A stretch of DNA of 64,000 nt from Candidatus Uhrbacteria bacterium GW2011_GWE2_46_68 (GCA_001002765.1 LCMS01000002.1:1454-65453), one strand, 5' to 3'. Shown: positions 9,125 to 19,198, numbered from the stretch's first letter. A program made the numbers and translations. The notes: generated by a model not told the origin, from the sequence alone.

Positions 9125-10561
9125 CTAGCGTTTAGTCGGGAGAAAACGTGAAGGGATCAGTGTTTTGATTTCTGTTGTGCTTATTCCTTTGACCGCAAAC
9201 AGGACAGCCAGATAGACAAGGGCGCCAAGAGTAATATCCGTGAGCACATGGAAAGAATGAAAGTGAGTGAGGAAGAGATACATGACCAAGGAAGCAAAGA
9301 GGGCCTTACCCGTTTTGATAAGACATGGGAAACAACGAGAAGAAAATGTGACCACAAGAAAAGTGAGAAGGGCGATCGCACATTCGGAAAAAATGGTGAC
9401 TCCCACTGCACCCCACACGCCATAGAGAGGAATAAACCAAAGGTAGCCCGCAACAGAAAGGATGGCCACACTCGCATATCCCCACATCATGAGTTTTTGT
9501 TTCTGTAAGGCAACGACGATATGACCATACAAGGTGCCGATGAACACTCCCAAAATAGCGATAATAAGATAGCGCAAAATCGTGCCGGAAATTACATATT
9601 GATCTCCGGCCACAAAAGTCATAAGCGCAGTTCCAGTCGCTTGGACGCCGATTAAAATCGGGATGACGGCGATCATAAAAATATCAAAACTGCGGCGCAA
9701 CATGCGGTTAAAATCTTCTGTACGTTTTTGTGTCCATGCTGTGACCATGGTGGGAAGAAGAAGCCCCATAAACATGGTGGGGATAGCAGTCAAAATGTCC
9801 AAAATGCGATACGTGACGCCATACATCGCGACTTCTTCTTGTGTGCGCAGTAAAGATAACAAAATAATATCGCCTTTGAGGTAGAGGAGGTTGAAAAGAA
9901 TGGAAACGGCAATGGGCCAACTACGAAGAGCGGCTTGTTTCCATATGGTAAAATCAAATCGCGGTTTGATGCGCAAAAACGGTTTAGCAAAAAAGATCAT
10001 GGCAACAAGCCAGACAATATTGGAGAGGATCAGAGAGGCCACCATAGAGATGACACCAAGACGAAGCCAAACAAACAAGAGAATGATAATGACCAATATC
10101 GTGCGATTGATAAGTTCGGCAACCGCCGGCCGCCACATGCACGCATGTTTTTGAAAAATACCTGTGAGGAGACTTGCGCCACCCATGATCCAGTAAGCGA
10201 TCGCACCCACAAGGACCGCTTGCTGAATGCTGGCAGACCAAGGGAAAAAGAAAACAAGAATCGCGGCAAGCGCAAAGAGGATTCCGCCCGAAAGCATGCG
10301 CATGGCAAAAAAGTTTCCCACGATTTTTTCTTCTTGTGCATCGGGTTCGGAAATCATCACAATCAAGGTCAACGTGAGTCCGAAGTCTACAATCACTCCA
10401 AAAAATTGAAGATAGGTAATCGCGGTCGTGTAGGATCCGAAATCACTTGTGGAAAGATATCGCGTCAAAATCGCGATCACGACAAGTCCCACAAGAAGCG
10501 ATCCTATTTTTCCAAGAACTTGAACAAAGAAGTTTCCCGCAAACGTTTTAGCTTGAATCAT
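9125..10561 (-). CDS. Polysaccharide biosynthesis / oligosaccharide flippase (Wzx, MOP superfamily)-like protein
   Basis: 478 aa with about 12-14 TM helices. The N-terminus (NFFVQVLGKIGSLLVGLVVIAILTRYL) is typical of Wzx/MOP flippases. Confidence 0.55.
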   Translation of the reverse strand: MIQAKTFAGNFFVQVLGKIGSLLVGLVVIAILTRYLSTSDFGSYTTAITYLQFFGVIVDFGLTLTLIVMISEPDAQEEKIVGNFFAMRMLSGGILFALAAILVFFFPWSASIQQAVLVGAIAYWIMGGASLLTGIFQKHACMWRPAVAELINRTILVIIILLFVWLRLGVISMVASLILSNIVWLVAMIFFAKPFLRIKPRFDFTIWKQAALRSWPIAVSILFNLLYLKGDIILLSLLRTQEEVAMYGVTYRILDILTAIPTMFMGLLLPTMVTAWTQKRTEDFNRMLRRSFDIFMIAVIPILIGVQATGTALMTFVAGDQYVISGTILRYLIIAILGVFIGTLYGHIVVALQKQKLMMWGYASVAILSVAGYLWFIPLYGVWGAVGVTIFSECAIALLTFLVVTFSSRCFPCLIKTGKALFASLVMYLFLTHFHSFHVLTDITLGALVYLAVLFAVKGISTTEIKTLIPSRFLPTKR

Positions 10562-10648
10562 AAAGATTGTCTTTAGTGTAGCACGCGTTCAAAACAGGAG
10601 GAATGATCAATGTTTTCCGTTCTTCTTCTTTATTGTGTATAGATTCGA

Positions 10649-12640
10649 TTGAAAAAGAGCGTATTTTTTGTTAGGATAAAAATAGAAACTATGCCCATGT
10701 TTTCAAAAAACAGATTCACCGTTTCATCTCAAACAAAAACACAACCTCACAAACAAAACGACAAAAAAAGAATCCTGCCGAGAGTTTTGGCAGGTTTTTT
10801 TGTGCTTCTTTTTTGTGGAGGACTCTTTTTTGGAGAAAGCTCTTTTGCGCAAGCCGCTTCCAAAAAAGGATATGAAGCTATGCAAGTATCAATGACAGGT
10901 GGAGGGATACTCAAGATGAAACCGCGCGAAACCAAACAAGTCACGATGCAATTTCAAAACAGAGGACCAAATGTTTGGGTGAATAGTGGTGAGGAGTTTG
11001 TTTCCGTCTATACCTATGGACCCAAGTATCGTATATCAGATTTTGAAAATGGATGGCTTCATTCCGATCAACCCTCAGCGCTCAAAGAATCGTCAGTCGC
11101 GGTAGGGAGTATTGGAACGATCACCTTTACACTTACGGCGCCATCAAAAACAGGAACTTACAAAGAGACTTTTGCGCTTGCCGCCGAGGATGTCACCTGG
11201 ATCCCGGGGGGAGAGTTTACGTTGACGATAGAAGTGAGCGAATGCACAACTTCTTGTGCTTCTTCTACAACTTCGACACCGACATCATCTTCCCTCTCCA
11301 CCAACATAGCTTCCCCGTTAATAAACGGATTATCGGCTACGATTCAAACACGTTCTCCCGCATCTATCACGGCCGGGCCCGGAGACACCGTGGATTATAA
11401 AGTGAAGATTTTAAACTCGGGCACAAAATCTTGGACCATTCGAGAAGTGCGTACCTTGGATATGCACGTAGCCTCATCAATGACTCTGGCCTCCATGGAA
11501 ACACGTCATGGATCATGGATGGCCACTAACCGTGTCGCCTTCAACAAAACCGATATTGTTGATCCCGGGGAATCTGATACGTTCCGTTTCAAGTTTACCG
11601 CTCCCACAAAAAAGGGGGCATACACTGTGCGTTATCGTTTAGCCGTGGATGATACTATCCTCCCTGATTTTTATATCGACATTCCCGTGGATGTCACCAC
11701 AGGATCTCCACAAGCAAAAGAGAGTGAGGTCATTGTGGAGGAAAGCGAAGTTATCAATGAAATTGAAGAGCCTATAATGCGTATTGGGGTTTTGATCGTG
11801 GATGATGAAACACAACAGCAAGTCATCATCAGTTGCGATCATCCCTGGAATCTTACCAATGGGGATGGAAAAGTTCTCGAAGAGATGGACGCAGGGAAAA
11901 GCGTTACCGCTTTTTATAAAAAAGGATCCTACACATACAATGCGGGAAAAGGAGCGATAAAATCTTCCTCGTATCTGCGCTTTGTTCCCAAAGATGAGAA
12001 CGCGATTTGTATCATTGAAAATTTTGATCGGCGGGTCACGCGCGGTACCGCGCACGCGGACAATACATTTCGCGATATCCTGGAACTTCGCTATAACAGT
12101 ACAAAGGATCGCACCTGGGTCATCAACGAGCTTCCGATCGAAGAGTATTTATACGGGATAGCAGAGACTTCCAATGATTCTCACGCCGAGTTTCAAAAGA
12201 CCCTTGTAACCATTGCCCGTACCTACGCGCTTTATCATTGGGAGCGTGGAACCAAGCATGCCAGCGAATTTTTTCACATGACGGCGTATTCGGGCGACCA
12301 AGTGTATAAGGGGTATGGCTATGAGCAGCGTATTCCTCGCGTAGTAGAGGCGGTCAAGGAGACACGTGGCACGACGGTCACCTATGAAGGAAAAACCGCG
12401 ATCACTCCATATTTTTCTCGCTCAAACGGCCAAACTTATGATTGGAGCGAGGTGTGGGGTGGGAATGTTCCTTGGGTCAAAGGTGTGGCTTGCCCTTGTG
12501 ACATTGGGAAAACACAATGGGGTCACGGGGTGGGACTTTCCGCAAGTGAGGCCTTGTGTCAAGCAAAAAACGGTAAATATTGGGAAGACATTTTGCACTA
12601 TTTTTATACGGGGATTGATCTCTCGAAGCGCTGGGAATAG
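10649..12640 (+). CDS. Secreted SpoIID/LytB domain protein (peptidoglycan remodelling)
   Basis: The C-terminal region (YHWERGTKHASEFFHMTAYSGDQVYKGYGYE...FSRSNGQTYDWSEVWGG) matches the SpoIID/LytB amidase-enhancer domain. N-terminal signal peptide. A bidirectional terminator hairpin lies at 12647-12685. Confidence 0.7.
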   Translation: MKKSVFFVRIKIETMPMFSKNRFTVSSQTKTQPHKQNDKKRILPRVLAGFFVLLFCGGLFFGESSFAQAASKKGYEAMQVSMTGGGILKMKPRETKQVTMQFQNRGPNVWVNSGEEFVSVYTYGPKYRISDFENGWLHSDQPSALKESSVAVGSIGTITFTLTAPSKTGTYKETFALAAEDVTWIPGGEFTLTIEVSECTTSCASSTTSTPTSSSLSTNIASPLINGLSATIQTRSPASITAGPGDTVDYKVKILNSGTKSWTIREVRTLDMHVASSMTLASMETRHGSWMATNRVAFNKTDIVDPGESDTFRFKFTAPTKKGAYTVRYRLAVDDTILPDFYIDIPVDVTTGSPQAKESEVIVEESEVINEIEEPIMRIGVLIVDDETQQQVIISCDHPWNLTNGDGKVLEEMDAGKSVTAFYKKGSYTYNAGKGAIKSSSYLRFVPKDENAICIIENFDRRVTRGTAHADNTFRDILELRYNSTKDRTWVINELPIEEYLYGIAETSNDSHAEFQKTLVTIARTYALYHWERGTKHASEFFHMTAYSGDQVYKGYGYEQRIPRVVEAVKETRGTTVTYEGKTAITPYFSRSNGQTYDWSEVWGGNVPWVKGVACPCDIGKTQWGHGVGLSASEALCQAKNGKYWEDILHYFYTGIDLSKRWE

Positions 12641-12661
12641 AGAATTCAAAAAAATCCTGGA

Positions 12662-13240
12662 TTACTCCAGGGTTTTTGTTTGTGCAGAACTTGTCATCTC
12701 TTGTCGCTTGCGTTCCCGATTATCTTCAACCACATGGATAATCTGTTCTTTTATTTTTTCAGGCTTCGATATTTCTTTAAAATGAAATTGTTTCATCTGC
12801 CCCGCCGTTTGAATCACGACATCTCCATAATCGAGCATGGTACGAATGACTCCTTGCACATCAGAGGTGACGTCTTGCACTGCATCTAAGGGAAGCTCGG
12901 AGGCAATACGACTGAACAATCCTTTTTGTTCAATATTGATGACGCGTTCATTGGTGACGATCCAAGTATCCAGATAAAAATCCGTAAACTCCATGAAGGC
13001 AAAAAGCCAAACCGCAAGAAAATAAATGATCGCGACGGTGGCAAAAAGCGGCCCCAAGAGCGGATGCTCGTACCAGGTTTGAATTTCATCCGCATACACA
13101 GTGAGACCGGCAGCCAGAGGAGCGCCGATAAAAAAGATCGCGGCAGTAACAAGTCTTGTATTGGTGATCCAGTGACGGCGGAGAAATAAAATCACTTTTT
13201 CATCCTTGCGTTGATTGGGAAGATGATCAAGGCGCATCAT
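12662..13240 (-). CDS. Bacterial PH (bPH_2, YdbS/YdbT-like) domain membrane protein
   Basis: Two TM helices followed by a PH-like domain (YLDTWIVTNERVINIEQKGLFSR...DYGDVVIQTAG). Confidence 0.6.
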   Translation of the reverse strand: MMRLDHLPNQRKDEKVILFLRRHWITNTRLVTAAIFFIGAPLAAGLTVYADEIQTWYEHPLLGPLFATVAIIYFLAVWLFAFMEFTDFYLDTWIVTNERVINIEQKGLFSRIASELPLDAVQDVTSDVQGVIRTMLDYGDVVIQTAGQMKQFHFKEISKPEKIKEQIIHVVEDNRERKRQEMTSSAQTKTLE

Positions 13241-13542
13241 ATGGGAAGGATGGTTTGTGAATAATCTTCAAAAAAGTTTTTCAAAGAGATCGAAGCGGTC
13301 CAATCTATATCCAGTGTAATGAAGATGGCCAGACTCACAAGAAAAACGGTTCCAAGAATATAGATTGTGGAGATGATATACAGACCGAAGTTGTAGACGC
13401 CGAATCGAAACAGATGGTAGAGGTTGAACAGACTGTAGAGAACAAAAACGAAAAAAAAGATTCCCAGAGGAAGGAGTAGCCAAGAGACGGAAAGTGAAAG
13501 AGAGGAGAAAATTTCTAGGTCCATAGGGAGATAGTGTAACAC
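13237..13542 (-). CDS. Small membrane protein (2-3 TM), probable partner of the bPH protein
   Basis: ATGA start/stop overlap with the downstream bPH gene. Hydrophobic. Confidence 0.4.
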   Translation of the reverse strand: MLHYLPMDLEIFSSLSLSVSWLLLPLGIFFFVFVLYSLFNLYHLFRFGVYNFGLYIISTIYILGTVFLVSLAIFITLDIDWTASISLKNFFEDYSQTILPI

Positions 13543-13545
13543 GCA

Positions 13546-14583
13546 TTAGAGGAGGGTAGCAGGAGGTGTGAGGCCAAGATGTTCATAGGCGCGACGAGTG
13601 GCGAGGCGTCCGCGCGGGGTACGTTCCAAAAGTCCCAACTGTAACAAGAATGGTTCGTACACTTCCTCGATCGTATCAATTTCTTCTTGTGTGGAGGCGG
13701 CAAGAGTGTTGAGTCCGACAGGACCCCCGTGAAATTTTTCAATAATGGCGTGAAGGAGGCGTCGATCCACGTCATCCAGACCAAGAGGGTCAACATGAAG
13801 GATGTCAAAAGCTTCTTGTGCAACCGAGGTGGTAATGGTTCCTTGTGCGCGCACTTGTGCAAAATCGCGTACACGGCGCAGGAGGCGGTTGGCAATACGA
13901 GGAGTTTTGCGCGCACGCGAGGCCAAAAGTTCACAGGCGTCTTTTGCAATTTCCACTTGAAGCTTGGAAGCATTACGACGAATGATATGGGCGATATCTT
14001 CATCCGCATAAAAATCTAGGTGATGGGTGACGCCGAAACGATCTCGCAGTGGAGAGGACAGAAGAGAAAGGCGGGTGGTGGCACCGATCACAGTGAAGCG
14101 TTCCAAATTGAGCCGGAGGGTACGCGCGGTTGGTCCCTTTCCAACGATCAGATCAAGCGCATAATCTTCCATGGCAGGATAGAGGACTTCCTCAATTGTT
14201 TTATTGAGTCGATGAATTTCATCAATAAAGAGCACATCTCCTTTTTGCAGATTAGAAAGGATGGCGGCGAGATCACCGACGCGTTCGAGAGCCGGACCGC
14301 TTGTGATTTTGATTTGCGCCCCACATTCATTGGCAATGATATGGGCAAGGGTGGTTTTACCAAGGCCCGGATTTCCGTAGAGCAGTACGTGTTCAATGGG
14401 TTCCTCTCGTTTTTTTGCCGCTTCCAAAAAAATCGAAAGGTGTTCTTTGATCACAGGTTGTCCTACAAAATCTCCCAAGGTTTTTGGGCGTAAACTGATT
14501 TCTTCTTCTCGTTCGGTTTCCGAAGCCGTTGGAGTTGTGAGCAGATTTGTTGGGGGTATGTGTTGATTGTCTCTTTCAATCAT
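13546..14583 (-). CDS. ruvB: Holliday junction branch migration ATPase RuvB
   Basis: Has Walker [18 protein letters not shown], and the sensor and winged-helix regions. Start at MIERDNQ with an AGGTGAT RBS. Confidence 0.95.
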   Translation of the reverse strand: MIERDNQHIPPTNLLTTPTASETEREEEISLRPKTLGDFVGQPVIKEHLSIFLEAAKKREEPIEHVLLYGNPGLGKTTLAHIIANECGAQIKITSGPALERVGDLAAILSNLQKGDVLFIDEIHRLNKTIEEVLYPAMEDYALDLIVGKGPTARTLRLNLERFTVIGATTRLSLLSSPLRDRFGVTHHLDFYADEDIAHIIRRNASKLQVEIAKDACELLASRARKTPRIANRLLRRVRDFAQVRAQGTITTSVAQEAFDILHVDPLGLDDVDRRLLHAIIEKFHGGPVGLNTLAASTQEEIDTIEEVYEPFLLQLGLLERTPRGRLATRRAYEHLGLTPPATLL

Positions 14584-14684
14584 ATCACCTGTATTATGCG
14601 GGAAAGAAAGGGGAGGAGCAAGGTAAACAAGAGGATGAATTTGACGAAGAATCGTCAAGAGAGTACTTTATTCAAGTAAAGTCT

Positions 14685-14978
14685 ATGTCAATCAAAAAAG
14701 ATCCCTGGAATCAGACAGAAGCACAAGCCTTGCTCGATGCTTTTTTCCTTTTGAAAAATCAAGAAGAACTACGTTGTTTTTTACGCGATTTATTAACGGA
14801 GAAAGAAATTGCAGAGTTTAGTTTGCGATGGAAAGTCGCCAAGATGTTGAGCCAGGGAATTCCTTATACGACGATTGTGGAGGAAACGGGTATGAGTTCG
14901 ACAACGATCGCTCGCGTTCAGAAATGGCTCACGGCGGGAAAAGGAGGGTACCGTCTTATTCTTGATCGACAAAAATAG
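14685..14978 (+). CDS. YerC/YecD family TrpR-like DNA-binding protein
   Basis: VAKMLSQGIPYTTIVEETGMSSTTIARV...YRLILDR matches the YerC/YecD (Trp-repressor fold) family. Start at MSIKKDPW. Confidence 0.75.
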   Translation: MSIKKDPWNQTEAQALLDAFFLLKNQEELRCFLRDLLTEKEIAEFSLRWKVAKMLSQGIPYTTIVEETGMSSTTIARVQKWLTAGKGGYRLILDRQK

Positions 14979-14981
14979 TGT

Positions 14982-15539
14982 ATGAAAAGAGGAGCACGCA
15001 AATGGCAGATCGGAGTGATGGGTTCAGCCGCTGATCTCGCTTATGAAAAAAATCTAGAATATTTGGCTGAAGAGGTAGGAAGCGAAATTGCCAAAGTGGG
15101 TGCCGTGTTATTTTTTGGCGCGGAAAAAGATTATGACTCCTTATCTACAGCTGCCTGTCGTGGGGCAAAAAAATTCGGAGGGACAACGATCGGAGTGACG
15201 TACGGAAAAGGACTTGATGTCTATGAACAAACGAGTGCTGACGTTATTATCGCCAGCGGACTTGAGCGCGGAGGAGGACGGGAACTGACTTTGGTATTGA
15301 GTTGTGACGTGATTATTGCTTTAAACGGCGGGTCCGGAACTTTAACCGAAATGGCGATTGCCTATCAGGCAAACATTCCGATCGTTGTGTTAGCAGGAAC
15401 AGGTGGGTGGAGCGATCAATTGGCTGGGCAATATCTTGATGCGCGTAAGCGCGTGAAGGTGGAACAAGCCCAGACTCCAAAAGAAGCCGTTGCACTCGCT
15501 TTGCAACGTATCAAACAATGTTATGACAATGCGTGTTAG
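14982..15539 (+). CDS. LOG/SLOG-superfamily Rossmann protein (TIGR00725-like)
   Basis: The N-terminal IGVMGSA and the LNGGSGTLTEM motif (GGxGTxxE) are characteristic of the LOG/DprA/SLOG fold. Only 4 nt separate it from yerC-like. Confidence 0.55.
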   Translation: MKRGARKWQIGVMGSAADLAYEKNLEYLAEEVGSEIAKVGAVLFFGAEKDYDSLSTAACRGAKKFGGTTIGVTYGKGLDVYEQTSADVIIASGLERGGGRELTLVLSCDVIIALNGGSGTLTEMAIAYQANIPIVVLAGTGGWSDQLAGQYLDARKRVKVEQAQTPKEAVALALQRIKQCYDNAC

Positions 15540-15676
15540 CTTCATTTTTACTTTCCATCATTTTTATACTTTTTCCTTGGGAGAGGAGATGGGCTTTGGT
15601 TTGCAATGACGATTTGTTTAGTAGCCAAGGTCAATCCCTTCTCCGAAGGGATTTTTCTTTTGAGAAGGGTGTGCGT

Positions 15677-16552
15677 ATGCAAACGGAGGTCATCATGATT
15701 CCCTATGTCATTTCCGAAGATGTGGCTCTGCTCCTTGGCGCTTGGGCTCCAACGCGAGGATTCCAAGTTCCTTCCCAGATTTTTTTTGAAGGATGGAGGG
15801 AAGAATTTGTCTTTTTTATGCAAAGGATGTTTCCGGATGTTATTTCCGTCTCTGAGAAAGAGATGACACAAGGACTGTCGAATCTTTTGGAGCATATAGA
15901 TCTCCCCGTTCTTTCTTTGGATGGAGTGTACGTGCAAGCGGATTTGTCTCTTGAGCTGGCAAGACAAATCAATGGGGAGAAAAAAGAGGTGGGGATCGGG
16001 CATCGTCCAGGAACTCCTCTCCTTCTGCATCAAGTGCGGAAGATTCAAGAAAGCGGAGTGCGCGAAGTGGCGCTTGTCGATGATGTGATTTTTTCCGGGG
16101 CGCTTATCGAGCGTGTCCACCATCTGTTAGATCGGTTAGGAATACGTGTCGGCGTTGTTTGCGCAGGAGTGGGAATGGGAGAGGGGGTGAGGAGATTGTT
16201 GTCGCACGGATATGATGTGCGATGCGTACGGAAGTTTGAGAGTGTTATAGATGAAGTTTGTGAGCGAGATTTTGTCCCAGGTGTCCCGCAATCCGGTCGT
16301 GCCATTTTAGGGAATGATCGTGTGGGTGCTCCTTATCTTTTACCTTTTGGGGATCCTATTGGTTGGGCATCCATTCCTCCGGAACACGCAAAATTTTTTT
16401 CCGCCTTTTGTTTTGCTCGCGCCATTGTTCTTTTCGAGGAAATAGAACATCTATCAGGTCAACCTGTGAGATGTTGTGATCTTTCACGTTTTCCCATAGG
16501 TTTGCCGCAAGACAACACGCGTTTTGTGGACTCCTTACGCTTTTTGCGTTAA
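15677..16552 (+). CDS. Phosphoribosyltransferase (type I PRTase fold)-like protein, unknown substrate
   Basis: PRPP-binding-like motif VALVDDVIFSGALIE. Overlaps the stop of the SLOG gene. Start uncertain (15533, 15677 or 15695). An intrinsic terminator lies at 16553-16585. Confidence 0.45.
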   Translation: MQTEVIMIPYVISEDVALLLGAWAPTRGFQVPSQIFFEGWREEFVFFMQRMFPDVISVSEKEMTQGLSNLLEHIDLPVLSLDGVYVQADLSLELARQINGEKKEVGIGHRPGTPLLLHQVRKIQESGVREVALVDDVIFSGALIERVHHLLDRLGIRVGVVCAGVGMGEGVRRLLSHGYDVRCVRKFESVIDEVCERDFVPGVPQSGRAILGNDRVGAPYLLPFGDPIGWASIPPEHAKFFSAFCFARAIVLFEEIEHLSGQPVRCCDLSRFPIGLPQDNTRFVDSLRFLR

Positions 16553-16576
16553 ACCCGAGGAAACACCTTGGGTTTT

Positions 16577-16605
16577 TTTGACAAGAAAGAATTATGGGTA
16601 TATAT
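16577..16605 (+). promoter_or_regulatory. Sigma70-like promoter (TTGACA-N17-TATATT) upstream of the DUF5320/DUF134 pair
   Basis: Hexamers read directly, with a 17-nt spacer. Confidence 0.5.
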
Positions 16606-16632
16606 TCAAAATATAATTTCTCATATATTTCT

Positions 16633-16833
16633 ATGCCACATCAAGACGGAACAGGACCTTGTGGAAAAGGTCCAAAAACAGGGAGAGGATTAGGAGCCTG
16701 TATAGGCGTGCCTAATGATCAACTTTTTGATCAGCCTTTTGAGAACTGCGGGAAGAGGAAGGTTGGATTTTTTGGCCGCACATTTCGAAGATCGCCACGG
16801 GGAAGATGTGGTTTTGGAAGAAATGAAAGGTAA
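16633..16833 (+). CDS. DUF5320 family small protein
   Basis: The N-terminus (MPHQDGTGPCGKGPKTGRGLGAC) is typical of DUF5320 proteins. Confidence 0.55.
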   Translation: MPHQDGTGPCGKGPKTGRGLGACIGVPNDQLFDQPFENCGKRKVGFFGRTFRRSPRGRCGFGRNER

Positions 16834-16841
16834 AAAATAGT

Positions 16842-17123
16842 GTGTCACGTCCAAGACAAGGGAGACGAGTACGGTTTTATCCGGAAATCGTGTATTTTAA
16901 ACCCCAAGGAATCCCCATGAGGGATCTTGAGGTTGTTACATTGGAGTCTGAAGAACTTGAAGCCTATCGTTTACGCCATGTCCAAGGCATGGAACAAATA
17001 GAAGCGGCAAAAAGTATGCAAACTTCGCAAAGCACATATCAGAGAATTTTATACCGTGCTTATGAAAAAATAGCAGATGCGTTGGTGCATGGAAAAGCCA
17101 TCAAACTTATTCGCGACATATGA
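16842..17123 (+). CDS. DUF134 (UPF0251) predicted DNA-binding protein
   Basis: GRRVRFYPEIVYFKPQGIP...LEVVTLESEELEAYRL...EAAKSM.TSQSTYQRIL matches DUF134. GTG start. Confidence 0.65.
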   Translation: MSRPRQGRRVRFYPEIVYFKPQGIPMRDLEVVTLESEELEAYRLRHVQGMEQIEAAKSMQTSQSTYQRILYRAYEKIADALVHGKAIKLIRDI

Positions 17124-18241
17124 TGAAACTCTTTGTTATATTTTCTTTTTTTCTGTTTTTTCCTTTTTTAGCATTCGGTCAGACTTTTTCCGAAGAACAA
17201 GCTCAAACCAGTGAGATGTTTGAGGCGCGCGTGTCGTGTATTTTAGAAGAACGGGAAATACAAAGAGAAGATGGAACTTTTACAATACAACAGAACATTC
17301 TTTTGGAAGGATTGAGAGGGGAGTGGAAAGACGAGGAAGTTTATTATGAAGGCATTTCCGTTATTGATGTTTTGGATGCGAATGTTTACGAAGAAGGAGA
17401 TAAAGTATTGGTATTGAAAAGTGAAAATTCTGAAGGAGAAACCTATTTTTATCTCATGGATTTTGTGAGGAGGGACGCCTTGTATCTTTTATTGTTTCTT
17501 TTTTGTCTCGTAACTATTCTTGTTGGCAAAGTAAAAGGTTTCAAAGCTTTGCTCGGTCTTGCCGTGAGTTTTTTGATCATCATTAAAATGATTTTGCCAG
17601 GTATTTTGGGAGGAGGAAATCCTTTGGTATGGGGGGCGGCGGGATCTTTTTTTATTTTACTTTTTCTCATCTATCTTACGGAAGGTTGGAATCAAAAATC
17701 TCATATTGCCATGGTAAGCATCTTTTTTTCCCTGCTGGCTGTCATCATACTGTCATGGCTTTTTTCTGGATGGGCGCATTTGTCCGGATATGCACAAGAG
17801 GAAACTATGTTTCTTATCGGAATAGGGAATAACATTATTGATTTTAAGGGATTGGTTTTGGCGGGGATGCTCATTGGTGCCATTGGTGTTTTAGATGATG
17901 TGGTGGTGAATCAAATAGAGACCGTGCAACAGATGAAAAAAGCGAATCCATTCCTCTCACCTCAAAAAATATATGAGATGGCCCATCAAGTGGGAAAGAC
18001 ACATATGGGAGCTATTGTGAACACACTTTTTTTGACCTATGCCGGTGCCTCTTTACCCCTTCTTTTATTGTTTGTTGTGAGGGAAGAGCCATTCCTCACC
18101 TTTTCACAAATTTTGAATCATGAGATGATCGCCACAGAATTGATTCGCACCTTGGTGGGAAGTATCGGGGTGGCACTTTCCATGCCTCTGTCCACCTTTT
18201 TGGCATCTCGTATCTTAAAAAAAGAACCTAAGGTAGAATAA
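17120..18241 (+). CDS. Polytopic membrane protein, possibly YibE/F family
   Basis: Signal peptide, then a 110-aa soluble domain and 6-7 TM helices. Family call is by topology and composition only. Confidence 0.35.
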   Translation: MMKLFVIFSFFLFFPFLAFGQTFSEEQAQTSEMFEARVSCILEEREIQREDGTFTIQQNILLEGLRGEWKDEEVYYEGISVIDVLDANVYEEGDKVLVLKSENSEGETYFYLMDFVRRDALYLLLFLFCLVTILVGKVKGFKALLGLAVSFLIIIKMILPGILGGGNPLVWGAAGSFFILLFLIYLTEGWNQKSHIAMVSIFFSLLAVIILSWLFSGWAHLSGYAQEETMFLIGIGNNIIDFKGLVLAGMLIGAIGVLDDVVVNQIETVQQMKKANPFLSPQKIYEMAHQVGKTHMGAIVNTLFLTYAGASLPLLLLFVVREEPFLTFSQILNHEMIATELIRTLVGSIGVALSMPLSTFLASRILKKEPKVE

Positions 18242-18264
18242 AGGCACTCACATTTTTTGTTTTT

Positions 18265-18954
18265 ATGAAAAAAATATTTTGTCTTTTGCTTACAGGTTTG
18301 GTATTGACGGGTATAGGGTGTGCGGGAGGAGAAAACGAACCACAAATCGGTGATGCACCCGTTATCAATGAATATAAAAAAGTATCAATCACAGCCGATG
18401 TTATTCTCAAGAGGGAGAATGGAACGGAAGCGACCACGTGTCTAGGGAGCGGAGCATTTTCATTGGATTTTTATTTTGCTGTCGGAGGAGGGAATCCTCT
18501 TGTGCAAAGAGGGTCTTTTCAACTCACAGATTATTTCTGCATGCTCATTGGTGATATGCAGGATTGCGAGGTCTATCCTCTTGATACCGCTTATGAACCC
18601 ACAGAAGTTTCCGCTGAAGCAGATTTACGAGTGCATCAGAGCACAATCACATCTGATACAGGAGAAAAATTAGACGCCGATAGAATTCAATTTAGATTGG
18701 AGACATTGCCCGCTGGGGTTCCGCTTGATATTTATTGGTATTGCCCGGGCGAGCATAGTGTTCCAAAAGTAATGCCAGATGTCGCATTATTAACCCAGTT
18801 ATTTTTGCCGCTTTATCAGGAAGGATGGGATTTTTCCGTGGCTGAAGATTATACTCACACTTCTACACGCACGAATTATCCTTTGAATATGGGGGTGACC
18901 GCAGACATTACATTCACTCTATCCTCCACGCGCGTTTCCTCAATTGAGGAATAA
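18265..18954 (+). CDS. Lipoprotein of unknown function
   Basis: Lipobox LTGIGCAGG. A terminator hairpin follows at 18958-18992. Confidence 0.45.
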   Translation: MKKIFCLLLTGLVLTGIGCAGGENEPQIGDAPVINEYKKVSITADVILKRENGTEATTCLGSGAFSLDFYFAVGGGNPLVQRGSFQLTDYFCMLIGDMQDCEVYPLDTAYEPTEVSAEADLRVHQSTITSDTGEKLDADRIQFRLETLPAGVPLDIYWYCPGEHSVPKVMPDVALLTQLFLPLYQEGWDFSVAEDYTHTSTRTNYPLNMGVTADITFTLSSTRVSSIEE

Positions 18955-19027
18955 AAAATAAGCCGCATGCGCGGCTTGTTTTGTATGGATGAATCGATTC
19001 TGATTCCAGCTTAAAGTCTAAAACAGT

Positions 19028-19110
19028 TTCAGAGTCCCCCTTCGTCCCGCCGATGGCGGAACTTCGGTGGGACATCCCCCATAGCTCCAACTTTGTTGGA
19101 GCGACGGGGG
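19028..19110. repeat. Structured repeat copy B plus a second hairpin, immediately 3' (on the - strand) of tRNA-Leu(TAA)
   Basis: GTCCCCC-TTCG-TCCCGCC-GATG-GCGGAAC-TTCG-GTGGGAC, then GCTCCAAC-TTTG-TTGGAGC. Confidence 0.7.
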
Positions 19111-19111
19111 A

Positions 19112-19198
19112 TGGTGGGCGAGGTGGGATTCGAACCCACGAGACCTTTCGATCAGCAGATTTTAAGTCTGCCGCGTATACCAGCTCCGCCACTCGCCC
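19112..19198 (-). tRNA. tRNA-Leu (anticodon TAA)
   Basis: Hand-folded: anticodon stem-loop GCAGA-CTTAAAA-TCTGC, long variable arm, T-loop TTCGAAT, CCA encoded. Confidence 0.8.
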
